From: Synechococcus sp.
GTDB taxonomy: Bacteria > Cyanobacteriota > Cyanobacteriia > Thermostichales > PCC-7336
DNA: 15,445 nt
Reading direction: 5' to 3'
Assembly: GCA_051439425.1 (NCBI GenBank)
Contig: JBFRWD010000091.1
Location: 1 to 15,445, forward strand
Shown in pieces: positions 1 to 7,839 of this stretch. The first letter of the stretch is position 1; the number at the start of each line of letters is the position of its first letter. Position numbers and translations under genes: made by a program. The notes under the pieces are model-generated. The model was given only the letters and a program-made list of their open reading frames with translations. It had not been told where the DNA came from and did not search any database.

Positions 1-164
1 GCTCGCAAAGGACTGTCAGCAGGCGAAAACTGAACTAGAGGTTGCATCGAGCGACACCATGCCAAGTACTCTGTTTGCGCAGAATTGAGCCGCAGGCGAT
101 CGCCTTTAGATTAGCTGCAACACACTGCCAGAGAACTCACAGTCCCAGACGTCAGCCCAAACCA

Positions 165-974
165 CTAACTAACATCAAACCTCTGCGCCGTATCCGTATC
201 GGGCAGTTGAAGCTCAACCAGCTCGCTACCCATCTGGCGGTTGAGACTAGTTCGCTCCATAGCCCGTTCCCGCTCTGCCAGATCGCGCAGATTCACCGGA
301 ACAGTAGAGGCAGTCTGAAGACCGCTTTGGAACGAATCGGGACGGACAATACCGCCGGAAATCAGCAATTTAAACGCGTCTTCAACCGGCATCTCCAGTG
401 GGACCGTATCGGCTTCTCGCACAATGGCATACCAACCCGATGTGGGGTTCGGTGTGGTAGGAATGAAGACGCTCAGCCACGCTTCCTGCTGAGTTGTATC
501 GCGCCCGAGCCCTGCCTGAAAATCACCGGTCACAAATCCAATGGACCATGCATCCTTGCGCGGATATTCCACCAATACCACTCGGCTAAACTGCTTACCG
601 CGATCGGCAAACACAGTTGTCAACAACTGCTTGAGCGTCTTATAAATCGAGCCTGCAATCGGGATCGCATGCAGGAGGCGCTCGCTAATGTTGAGCAGCC
701 ATTGCCCCACAATATTGCGAGCCATAAAGCCGATCAGCAACAAGAATAGGATGGGGGCAACCAAACCTACCGATATTTCGATCAGATTGCCGAGAATGGG
801 GTGGATACCCTGGATCGGATTGATCTGCTTGGGGATCGTGGTCAGGAAGCGAATGCTGCGAGTTGCAACCTCAACCATCAACCAGATGGTTGTAGCCAAA
901 GGGATAACGGTTAACAGACCAGCAACAAGATAATTCTTGAGGCGATGCTGAATCCTTTCCCTAATCGACGACAT
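165..974 (-). CDS. DUF502 family membrane protein (COG2928)
   Basis: Motifs LKNYLVAGLLTVIPLATTIW, IPIAGSIYKTLKQL, FSRVVLVEYPR, VFIPTTPNPTSGW and EDAFKLLISGG, with two hydrophobic N-terminal helices. ATG at 974 (MSSIRERI) preferred over the track start at 1013. Confidence 0.9.
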   Translation of the reverse strand: MSSIRERIQHRLKNYLVAGLLTVIPLATTIWLMVEVATRSIRFLTTIPKQINPIQGIHPILGNLIEISVGLVAPILFLLLIGFMARNIVGQWLLNISERLLHAIPIAGSIYKTLKQLLTTVFADRGKQFSRVVLVEYPRKDAWSIGFVTGDFQAGLGRDTTQQEAWLSVFIPTTPNPTSGWYAIVREADTVPLEMPVEDAFKLLISGGIVRPDSFQSGLQTASTVPVNLRDLAERERAMERTSLNRQMGSELVELQLPDTDTAQRFDVS

Positions 975-1422
975 GTGGCGACCTAGACGCATGTTGTATG
1001 TATACCCTGCCACAAAATGAACGTGCCACTAATACCCACTATCACCTTCGAAGGTGACAAAACGAACGAAATTTAGTTGCAATTCAGCGGCTGTTACAGT
1101 AAAGGCCATTTTAGGGACAGAGCCCTGAAGCTAAGAACTTTGGTGGTGCCTGAACCGGCAAAGTCAAGCTGAAAGTAGACCGTGTAGTTCTATTCTAATC
1201 TTGAATGATTTTTTGTAAAGAAGCATGAAGGCAGGCGGATTGATTACAACCATCTCAGACTGGATTGCAGTCTAATTTATTGGTTTTCTCTCCAGATTTA
1301 CACTCATCTTGTTACATTTGCACATCATGCGCCTGGGATGGCTTCGCAATTTCTGTCTGTTTACATCGGCGAGATCGGCTTGCTCTCCGTCCGTCGATCG
1401 CTCTTCTGAGTGGGGCCGTCCT

Positions 1423-2019
1423 TTATTGAGTGTGAGCAGCCATCAAGAATCCACGGGCAGCGATGTGGGCGACATCAACCAGCTCGGCATGGGATGCTCC
1501 ATCTTTAGCGGCAGCCGACAGTCCCTTCAACACAACGAACGCGAAATTTGCCAGAACGTCTGCCCTGTCTGCATAGTCTTCTGCAATCCGGCTCCTCAAG
1601 AGTTCTCGGGTTGCTTGTTGATATTGAGAGCTGAGTGCGCAGGCTTCAGCATCGGTACAGTTACGAGTCCCCTCCAGCACTAAGCAGCCTCGGAGTAAGG
1701 CCTGTGAGCTATAGACCTCTGCTGCTTTTAGGAAAAAATTCGAGATCGCAATATCCACTGTTTCGCCGCTCCGTACAGCCTCCGACAACCACTGCCCATC
1801 GAACTGGGTGTATCGCTGCAAAACGCGACTGAATAGCTGGCGTTTACTACCAAACGCACTGTAAAGACTGGGCGGAGTAATACCCATTGTGCGACTCAGC
1901 TCTGCGACTCCGACGCCATCGTAGCCCCGCTGATGAAACAGGCGCTGAGCGGCGGAAATTGCCTCATCGACATCAAATTGCCTCGGACGCCCGCGTCCAG
2001 ATATTTTTTTAGCGACCAC
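1423..2019 (-). CDS. bdcR: TetR/AcrR family transcriptional regulator, BdcR(YjgJ)-like
   Basis: TetR HTH GRPRQFD...LFHQRGYDGVGVAEL...GITPPSLYSAFGSKRQLF; C-terminal GCLVLEG and GLSAAAKDG resemble E. coli BdcR as I recall it. The track ORF (to 2151) overlaps the divergent SDR, so the in-frame GTG at 2019 is the likely start. Confidence 0.85.
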   Translation of the reverse strand: MVAKKISGRGRPRQFDVDEAISAAQRLFHQRGYDGVGVAELSRTMGITPPSLYSAFGSKRQLFSRVLQRYTQFDGQWLSEAVRSGETVDIAISNFFLKAAEVYSSQALLRGCLVLEGTRNCTDAEACALSSQYQQATRELLRSRIAEDYADRADVLANFAFVVLKGLSAAAKDGASHAELVDVAHIAARGFLMAAHTQ

Positions 2020-2049
2020 TAGATTATTCGATAGAACCCTGCTACTTTG

Positions 2050-2075
2050 ATTTATATAGTAGTCGATACATAAAT
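2050..2075. promoter_or_regulatory. Inverted repeat, putative TetR/BdcR operator
   Basis: ATTTATaTA-N8-TAcATAAAT (8 of 9 positions pair) in the 67-bp gap between the divergent TetR and SDR starts. Confidence 0.65.
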
Positions 2076-2086
2076 GGATGGGGCAT

Positions 2087-2800
2087 ATGTCAGTTCTTGC
2101 GGGCAAAAAAGCATTGGTATTGGGCGGTAGTCGCGGAATCGGTGCCGCCATTGTCGAACGCTTGGCGGCGGACGGGGCCGATACTGCGTTTACCTACGGT
2201 CGCTCGGCCGAAGCGGCGACCCAGTTAGCTAGCAAGACTCGCACCACCGCATTTCAGGCGGATAGTGCCGATCGCGTTGCCGTTAGCCGGCTCATTGCCG
2301 AGCAAGGAGCACTCGATATTTTAGTGATTAATGCGGGCGTGTTGGTGATGGGTGACCCGCTAGATATTGACCCGGACGATGTGGATCGCATGATCGATAT
2401 CAACGTGCGTGGTCCTTACCATGCTGCTGTGGATGGAGCACGACAGATGAATGATGGCGGACGGGTGGTGATTGTGGGCTCTGTGAATGGCGATCGCATG
2501 CCCTTTCCTGGAGGTGCCGCATATGCGCTGACCAAATCAGCCATTCAGGGCATGGTGCGTGGCTTGGCCCGAGATTTTGGCCCTCGCGGAATTACAGTGA
2601 ATAGCGTTCAACCTGGCCCCGTAAACACAGAGATGAACCCCGAAGATGGGCCCATGAAAGATGCGATGCATTCGTTTATGGCGATTAAGCGACATGCTCA
2701 ACCGGCTGAAATTGCAGGTATGGTGGCTTATCTGGTCGGGCCTGAGGCTGGTATCGTTACCGGTGCCCAGCACACCATCGACGGCGGCTTTGGTGCGTAA
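2087..2800 (+). CDS. bdcA: Short-chain dehydrogenase/reductase, BdcA(YjgI)-like
   Basis: Rossmann LGGSRGIG, INAG, catalytic YALTK (YxxxK). GSVNGDRMP, RGLARDFGPRGIT, MAIKRH and terminal HTIDGGFGA closely follow E. coli BdcA as I recall it. 237 aa from ATG 2087. Confidence 0.88.
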   Translation: MSVLAGKKALVLGGSRGIGAAIVERLAADGADTAFTYGRSAEAATQLASKTRTTAFQADSADRVAVSRLIAEQGALDILVINAGVLVMGDPLDIDPDDVDRMIDINVRGPYHAAVDGARQMNDGGRVVIVGSVNGDRMPFPGGAAYALTKSAIQGMVRGLARDFGPRGITVNSVQPGPVNTEMNPEDGPMKDAMHSFMAIKRHAQPAEIAGMVAYLVGPEAGIVTGAQHTIDGGFGA

Positions 2801-2838
2801 GCGGAATTCAACCTGTCGCTTCAGCTTGAATACTTCGC
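2801..2838. terminator. Stem-loop between convergent SDR and LysR genes, possible bidirectional terminator
   Basis: GCGGA-ATTCAAcCTG-tcgctt-CAGcTTGAAT-ac-TTCGC imperfect hairpin directly after the SDR stop codon. Confidence 0.45.
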
Positions 2839-2859
2839 AAACGAAGGAGCGCGATATCT

Positions 2860-3765
2860 CTATTGGGCTGTGGCTGTCACTTGCTGCTGCAGGAATGACA
2901 GCACGGCTTTGACCTTTTGCGGGAGAAAATTTTGACTGGGGTAAACCATCCACGCCGCTGTCCTAAACTCGGTAGCGGTGACATCGTAAGCGGGAAACAC
3001 ATCTTGCAAGCGGCCAGCATTAAGATCGTCCCCAATCGCCCAATCTGCCAATAACACGGGGCCTAGTCCCGCTAGCGCACAGTCTCTTAAGGCTAAAGCG
3101 CTAGAGGTAACGATGTCTCCGTCTACATGGATGTCTTGTCGCTCTCCGATGGTGGAGCGAAACCGCCAAAGGGAGCGATAACCCGGCAAATCGAATAGCA
3201 GGCAGCGGTGTCGCTCCAAATCCCTCGGATCGTTCAATGCTGATGTTTGCTTGAGATACTCGGGGCTGGCACAGACGCGATACCGCGTATCAAACAGCTT
3301 GATGCGTTCTAGGTCGGCGGTAATGCGCGGGGCCAAGCGAATGGCGAGATCGATGCGCTCGGAAACGAGGTCGAGATTGGTGTCGCTCAGTATGAGTTCC
3401 AGCTTGAGCTGGGGGAACTGGCGACGCAATTGAGGGAGTAATGGAACTAGCCAGAGCTGGCCCAATGCGACTGATGTTGTCAGACGTAGGGTTCCTGCTG
3501 GATTCCCTTTGGCTGCCAAAATCTCTTCGCGAGCGCGGTTTAGCTCTTCCAGCGCATTGGCAATTCGACCGAGATACTGCTCCCCTGCCGCCGTCAGAGC
3601 CATACGCCGAGTGGTCCGTTGAAATAGCCGAAACCCCAGACTGTCCTCCAGAGACGAGATACTGCGAGAGATCGAAGAAGGATCGACATTGCGATCGCGT
3701 GCAACGGCAGCAAAGCTGCCTCTACGAGCAACTTCAACAAAAATCTGCAAGCTAGCGACATCCAT
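2860..3765 (-). CDS. LysR family transcriptional regulator (CrgA/DmlR-like)
   Basis: HTH IFVEVARRGSFAAVAR...SISRSISSLEDSLGFRLFQRTTRRMALT; substrate domain DLVSERIDLAIR, VCASPEYL, DLERHRCL. Confidence 0.93.
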   Translation of the reverse strand: MDVASLQIFVEVARRGSFAAVARDRNVDPSSISRSISSLEDSLGFRLFQRTTRRMALTAAGEQYLGRIANALEELNRAREEILAAKGNPAGTLRLTTSVALGQLWLVPLLPQLRRQFPQLKLELILSDTNLDLVSERIDLAIRLAPRITADLERIKLFDTRYRVCASPEYLKQTSALNDPRDLERHRCLLFDLPGYRSLWRFRSTIGERQDIHVDGDIVTSSALALRDCALAGLGPVLLADWAIGDDLNAGRLQDVFPAYDVTATEFRTAAWMVYPSQNFLPQKVKAVLSFLQQQVTATAQ

Positions 3766-3774
3766 TCGTGTTTT

Positions 3775-3791
3775 ATTCGCATGAATGCAAT
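3775..3791. promoter_or_regulatory. Putative LysR recognition box (T-N11-A)
   Basis: ATTCGCATGAATGCAAT, an imperfect dyad with T3777-N11-A3789, about 10 bp upstream of the LysR start in the divergent promoter gap. Confidence 0.5.
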
Positions 3792-3874
3792 GATCTATAT
3801 CCTCTTTATTGTCATAAGCGAACTAGTTAGAGTGACCCCACGATTGTTTGTGACGTAATACAGGTTTGACAAGA

Positions 3875-4756
3875 ATGTTTCATTTAGAGAGAGGGCGAGC
3901 GACTATCGCGGTGTTGGGGGTGGGGGCAATGGGCGCCCGCATGGCGACTCGGCTGTTGAATGCAGGCCATCAGGTTACTGTCTGGAATCGAACTGCGTCC
4001 AAAACGGCACCGCTTGTGGAATTAGGGGCAACAGTAGCCCATACGCCATATGCTGCCGTGACCCAAGCCGATGTTGCAATTACTATGGTGCGGGATGTTG
4101 ATGCGTCCAAGGATGTTTGGTTAAACCCCGAGTATGGTGCCCTGGCAGGGATGAAGCGGGGAGCAATTGCGATTGAAAGCTCCACATTAACGATGGGGTG
4201 GGTGGAGACCTTGGCGCAACAATGCAGCGATCGCCAGGTTTTATTTTTGGATGCCCCTGTCGCTGGCAGTCGTCCTCAAGCAGAAGCAGGCCAGCTCATA
4301 TATATAGTGGGTGGGAACCGCGAGATCGTAGAGCGCGTGACTCCCCTACTTCAGGTGATCGGTCAGGCTGTCCATCACGCAGGTGAGATCGGACACGGCA
4401 CAGCAATTAAGTTAGCTATCAACACTCTATTTAGTGCTCAGATTGCCCTCGTGGCAGAACTGCGAGGCGTGTTTGGGAACAGCGCTGTAAACGAGCAGAA
4501 AGCCTTCGAGATCGTTGCGAAAACGCCGGTTTGTAGTCCGGCAGTAGCAGTTGCAGTCAGAGCAATGGCATCCAGTTCGTTTTCTCCACTGTTTCCCATT
4601 GAGTTAGTTGAGAAAGATTTAGAGTACGCAGCCAGCCTTGCAAAACGAAACAACGCCCGCATTCCAATTAGTACGGTGACCCGGCAAGTTTTCAAGGAAG
4701 CAATACTAAACGGATATGGTGCTGACAACATTACAGGTGTGTCACAGCTTTATTAA
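3875..4756 (+). CDS. NAD(P)-dependent oxidoreductase, beta-hydroxyacid (3-hydroxyisobutyrate) dehydrogenase family
   Basis: IAVLGVGAMGARMA, VWNRT, FLDAPVAGS, GTAIKLAIN (catalytic Lys), VEKDL. Start at ATG 3875 or TTG 3866. Confidence 0.9.
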   Translation: MFHLERGRATIAVLGVGAMGARMATRLLNAGHQVTVWNRTASKTAPLVELGATVAHTPYAAVTQADVAITMVRDVDASKDVWLNPEYGALAGMKRGAIAIESSTLTMGWVETLAQQCSDRQVLFLDAPVAGSRPQAEAGQLIYIVGGNREIVERVTPLLQVIGQAVHHAGEIGHGTAIKLAINTLFSAQIALVAELRGVFGNSAVNEQKAFEIVAKTPVCSPAVAVAVRAMASSSFSPLFPIELVEKDLEYAASLAKRNNARIPISTVTRQVFKEAILNGYGADNITGVSQLY

Positions 4757-5173
4757 CAGAGATAGAGAAACCGTACATATGTTGAGCTGAGGTAGGGGGG
4801 CACTAGATTCCAAGTATCCTTTCCGAGGAGATCTCGAATGTAATAAGTGAAAACTATCCTTTTGATAATTTCATGCTATGGATTGTTCGAGATTGACTGT
4901 GATTGCTTGAAGATCCAATGGTTACCATAGATAAAAATTATGGTTTAGTCTCAACGCTCAATGAATTGCCTTTCAGAAGGCTAAGAAGGCTCAATATTTG
5001 TAGGACTTTCAGCTTCTAATCGGGTACCTGTCAATCGTTTATCCCTAAGGAGGTCTGCTGTCTCTCATAGATTCTTACATTGATAATTTGTAATCTGATG
5101 GTGTTGATTTAGATGGTAAGATTTTGAAAACAAACGAGCTCATTTGTAAGGTCGTTTACCCTCTATCCTCACC

Positions 5174-5584
5174 ATGCTGTTGCGACTTTCTAAGTTTCAT
5201 TTCACCCACGTTTTAAAGGGATTGTTCGGTACTACTGTGTCGTTCGTTCTATTGCTTGTAATGCTTGTACATCCTGTTTCGGCCAAAACACATGTGGTCA
5301 AAATGGGGACAGACCGAGGCATTCTGGCATTTGAGCCCAGTACTTTAACGATTGAAGTGGGTGATACTGTTAAGTGGATTAATAACAAAGCATTTCCCCA
5401 CAACGTCGTCTTCGATCGCCGCGCTCCCGATGCCGTTCGACAGCATTCTCAAAAGCGTTTGCTAGCATCACCGTCGATAGAAATTAGCGAAACATTTGAC
5501 GACGTTCCTCCAGGTGAGTACTCCTACCATTGTTTGCCCCATCGTGGTGGCGGTATGACGGCGACATTAATTGTTCGCGAATAG
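5174..5584 (+). CDS. petE: Plastocyanin / type-1 blue copper protein precursor
   Basis: Signal peptide ending PVSA; mature VKMGTDRGILAFEPSTLTIEVGDTVKWINN; Cu ligands His (PHNVVF) and Cys/His/Met (CLPHRGGGM). Confidence 0.85.
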   Translation: MLLRLSKFHFTHVLKGLFGTTVSFVLLLVMLVHPVSAKTHVVKMGTDRGILAFEPSTLTIEVGDTVKWINNKAFPHNVVFDRRAPDAVRQHSQKRLLASPSIEISETFDDVPPGEYSYHCLPHRGGGMTATLIVRE

Positions 5585-5630
5585 CTGCAGTACCGAGCGA
5601 GTCCATTTCTGCGATCGCCTCTACAGAATT

Positions 5631-5666
5631 TAAACAAGCTCAATCACTCACTATTGAGCTTGTTTA
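5631..5666. terminator. Perfect 14-bp hairpin, probable bidirectional terminator
   Basis: TAAACAAGCTCAAT-cactcact-ATTGAGCTTGTTTA between the convergent plastocyanin and LysR stops, followed by GTTTT. Confidence 0.7.
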
Positions 5667-5692
5667 GTTTTGGATTGATGACTTTAAAGGAT

Positions 5693-6565
5693 TTACGCAA
5701 ATAGCCCAGTTCTTCGCAAAACATCCAGAAATTGATGGGCGGCTGGCGTTAAGTCTGCATTCGCCAATACGGCCACACCGATCGAACGTTCCAGTGGAAT
5801 CGGTAACTGAAACGATTGCACTCCGTCGGGTAGTGGAATCGTTGCCAAATGGGGCAAAATGGCGGCTCCCAATCCCTGCGCCACCATGCTCAAAATCGTT
5901 GAGTCTTCTTTGATTTCGTACGCAACATTAAACGGCTGACCAACCGTTTGCCAGTGATCCCGCAACACTGATGTGCATTCTGCATAGCTGTGGAGGATGA
6001 ACGAGTACTCTCCCAGTTTTTCCCAAGTCAGTTGCTCTCCCGAGTGAACATCTCCATCCGGCAATAACACAACAAATTCGTCCCGAGCGATTTCCCAAGT
6101 CTCGAAGTCTGACGAACGTGGCAGCGGCACCAAGCCTATATCGGCAATACCTTCTCGCAATGCTTGCTCTACATCCAGCGGATCGCTCTCTTTGAGGCTG
6201 ACTTCAATATTTGGAAACCGCTGTGTGAGTTGGGAAATCGCAGGAGGGACAAGGTGCGTTGCCGCACTGCGGAACGAAGCAACCCTGACTCTGCCCCCAT
6301 CAAGCCCGCGTACCACGTTGGCGTCTCGCTCCATCAATGCCCGAGTTTGGACGATCGCCCGAGCGTGGCTCAGCATTTTCTCGCCAATTTCTGTCAGGCG
6401 GGCGCCGAATCGTCCACGTGATAGCAAGACAATGCCTAACTCATCTTCCAAGGACGAGATTGCCCGACTGACTGCCGACTGAGAGATGCCCAGCTTATTC
6501 GCTGTCACGGAAAAGTTTTGTGATTCGGATACATCTAGAAAGATGCCCAGTTGATCCATGTTCAT
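5693..6565 (-). CDS. LysR family transcriptional regulator
   Basis: MNMDQLGIF is the reverse complement of 6539-6565 (CAT at 6563-6565) and the stop is TTA at 5693-5695, so the gene is on the minus strand, contrary to the track. HTH NFSVTANKLGISQSAVSRAISSLEDELGIVLLSRG; MVAQGLGAAILP. Confidence 0.93.
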   Translation of the reverse strand: MNMDQLGIFLDVSESQNFSVTANKLGISQSAVSRAISSLEDELGIVLLSRGRFGARLTEIGEKMLSHARAIVQTRALMERDANVVRGLDGGRVRVASFRSAATHLVPPAISQLTQRFPNIEVSLKESDPLDVEQALREGIADIGLVPLPRSSDFETWEIARDEFVVLLPDGDVHSGEQLTWEKLGEYSFILHSYAECTSVLRDHWQTVGQPFNVAYEIKEDSTILSMVAQGLGAAILPHLATIPLPDGVQSFQLPIPLERSIGVAVLANADLTPAAHQFLDVLRRTGLFA

Positions 6566-6598
6566 GGAGACCTACACGGAGTCAGTAACTATTGGGAC

Positions 6599-6614
6599 TG
6601 TAACCGTCGTTACA
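6599..6614. promoter_or_regulatory. Putative NtcA binding site
   Basis: TGTAACCGTCGTTACA = TGTA-N8-TACA with a 6-bp perfect dyad, 33 bp upstream of the LysR start. Confidence 0.6.
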
Positions 6615-6638
6615 TTTACGCCAATGAAGAGGTTATTG

Positions 6639-6670
6639 ATTCGGTTTTCGCATAGATACGCTTCGCAAAT
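6639..6670. promoter_or_regulatory. Two adjacent putative LysR T-N11-A boxes
   Basis: ATTC-N7-GCAT (6639-6653) and ATAC-N7-AAAT (6656-6670) in the divergent LysR/cupin gap. Confidence 0.4.
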
Positions 6671-6771
6671 TGTGTTGTAGATCGCATTTGGCGGCGATAG
6701 ATTATTTGAAAATTTGGTCACCTTAATAAATATTTATCTCGCATCCGGACGTTACTCCGCAGGTTTACGCC

Positions 6772-7263
6772 ATGTTCGAGCTGATTTCCTACAAAAAGTT
6801 CCGCGATACTCCGCAAGTGCGATTTTTTGATATCACAGTTGCTGATTCTAATGCTCGCGATTTAGTCTGTCACGAAGGCCCCGCCACCAGCCCCAACAAT
6901 ACTCCTGACGGGCACTGGCAGTTCTACCTTCACCCCGGCCAAGAAGATAACTTACTGGCCCTGTCTGGTGGAAGAACGTTTTTCCTCGTGAATTTCTCGT
7001 GGAAGCAACCGTTTCATATCGTTCGTCTGGAAGCCAACGGCGATATCCTGCGCATCCCCCCCGGTACCTTTCACCGTTCTGTTTCCGATCCGCAGGGATC
7101 TGTGGTGATCAACCAAGCAGTTCGGCACGCAAGCGCTACTGTCGAAAGTGAGTTTCGAGTGTACAACAGCGCCGAGATTCCTCGACTCTTGCAGGTAACT
7201 TCGGACAACGCTCCACCTCCCTTGCTGCACCAGTTCAGTCAAGAGCGCCGAAACGCAGCATAG
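6772..7263 (+). CDS. Conserved cyanobacterial cupin-like protein (homologs often annotated 'redox protein')
   Basis: Cupin-type metal motifs WQFYLHPGQEDNL and LRIPPGTFHRS; N-terminus FRDTPQVRFFD resembles a cyanobacterial family I recognise. Confidence 0.75.
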   Translation: MFELISYKKFRDTPQVRFFDITVADSNARDLVCHEGPATSPNNTPDGHWQFYLHPGQEDNLLALSGGRTFFLVNFSWKQPFHIVRLEANGDILRIPPGTFHRSVSDPQGSVVINQAVRHASATVESEFRVYNSAEIPRLLQVTSDNAPPPLLHQFSQERRNAA

Positions 7264-7347
7264 TGTTTTGTCCGCGCGCGCACATCTTGGCAAAGTAGGT
7301 GCGGTCTGAACATGTCAGACATCAAGTGACTCGCAACCCTGTTCGGT

Positions 7348-7839
7348 TTAGTCAACCTGACAGCGATCGCTACATTCATCTATGGCTTGTTGACGCATGC
7401 GTACAATCTCGTTGAGGTTCGGTCGTCCTGTCACCGCCAAGCGGCGATCAGCCCATAACTCATACAGTTTGTCCACCAGCGGTCCGACCACTGGCCACCG
7501 AGTAGCAGCATAAATCCATCCGATCCCAAGTGCGTCGTATACCTGACGAAACACGTCTACCCCCCGGATGATGGCACCATCTGACTTCACCGCATGAATG
7601 ACACCCATCGCCGTTTTAAAGTCAATCCCAGCGTGATTTTGTGGGTTGTAATCCAGTGCCGCAATATCCACGAATGAAATGATGCCTCGTCCCGCATCTT
7701 TGCGACGCAAGAAGTTGACCTCGCGAACGCACAGGGGACAATCTCCGTCGAATAGCAATTCGATTTGCCAAGTTGGACGTTGCTGGGCTGCACTGCGTTC
7801 ATCCCGTTGAGGAGCTGTGGCAGAAGATTGAGTGGTCAT
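7348..7839 (-). CDS. DCC family (DUF393) thiol-disulfide oxidoreductase
   Basis: LLFDGDCPLCVREVNFL (DGxCxxC), FVDIA, AMGVIHA, GVDVFRQVY, YELWADRR. Confidence 0.9.
   Translation of the reverse strand: MTTQSSATAPQRDERSAAQQRPTWQIELLFDGDCPLCVREVNFLRRKDAGRGIISFVDIAALDYNPQNHAGIDFKTAMGVIHAVKSDGAIIRGVDVFRQVYDALGIGWIYAATRWPVVGPLVDKLYELWADRRLAVTGRPNLNEIVRMRQQAIDECSDRCQVD

Noticed and set aside
1..47. Possible 5' end of a minus-strand gene (MQPLVQFSPADSPLR...); nusB often follows DUF502 in cyanobacteria
   Set aside because: Only 15 codons are visible and they lack the NusB RxxARE motif, so the call cannot be supported.
42..933. + strand ORFs of 235 aa and 81 aa
   Set aside because: Antisense shadows of the DUF502 gene with no recognisable motifs.
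2020..2151. N-terminal extension of the TetR ORF in the track
   Set aside because: It overlaps the divergent SDR start and the operator; TetR similarity begins near 2019.
1309..4731. Short alternative ORFs (1309, 1635, 2537, 2661, 3251, 3441, 3594, 3970, 4198, 4438)
   Set aside because: They overlap well-supported genes in other frames or strands and show no family motifs.
4975..4991. AGAAGGCT direct repeat (two copies)
   Set aside because: Too short to distinguish from chance or slippage.
5693..6565. Calling the LysR ntcB because of the NtcA site
   Set aside because: The sequence does not resemble NtcB as I know it beyond the generic HTH, and there are no nitrate-assimilation genes nearby.
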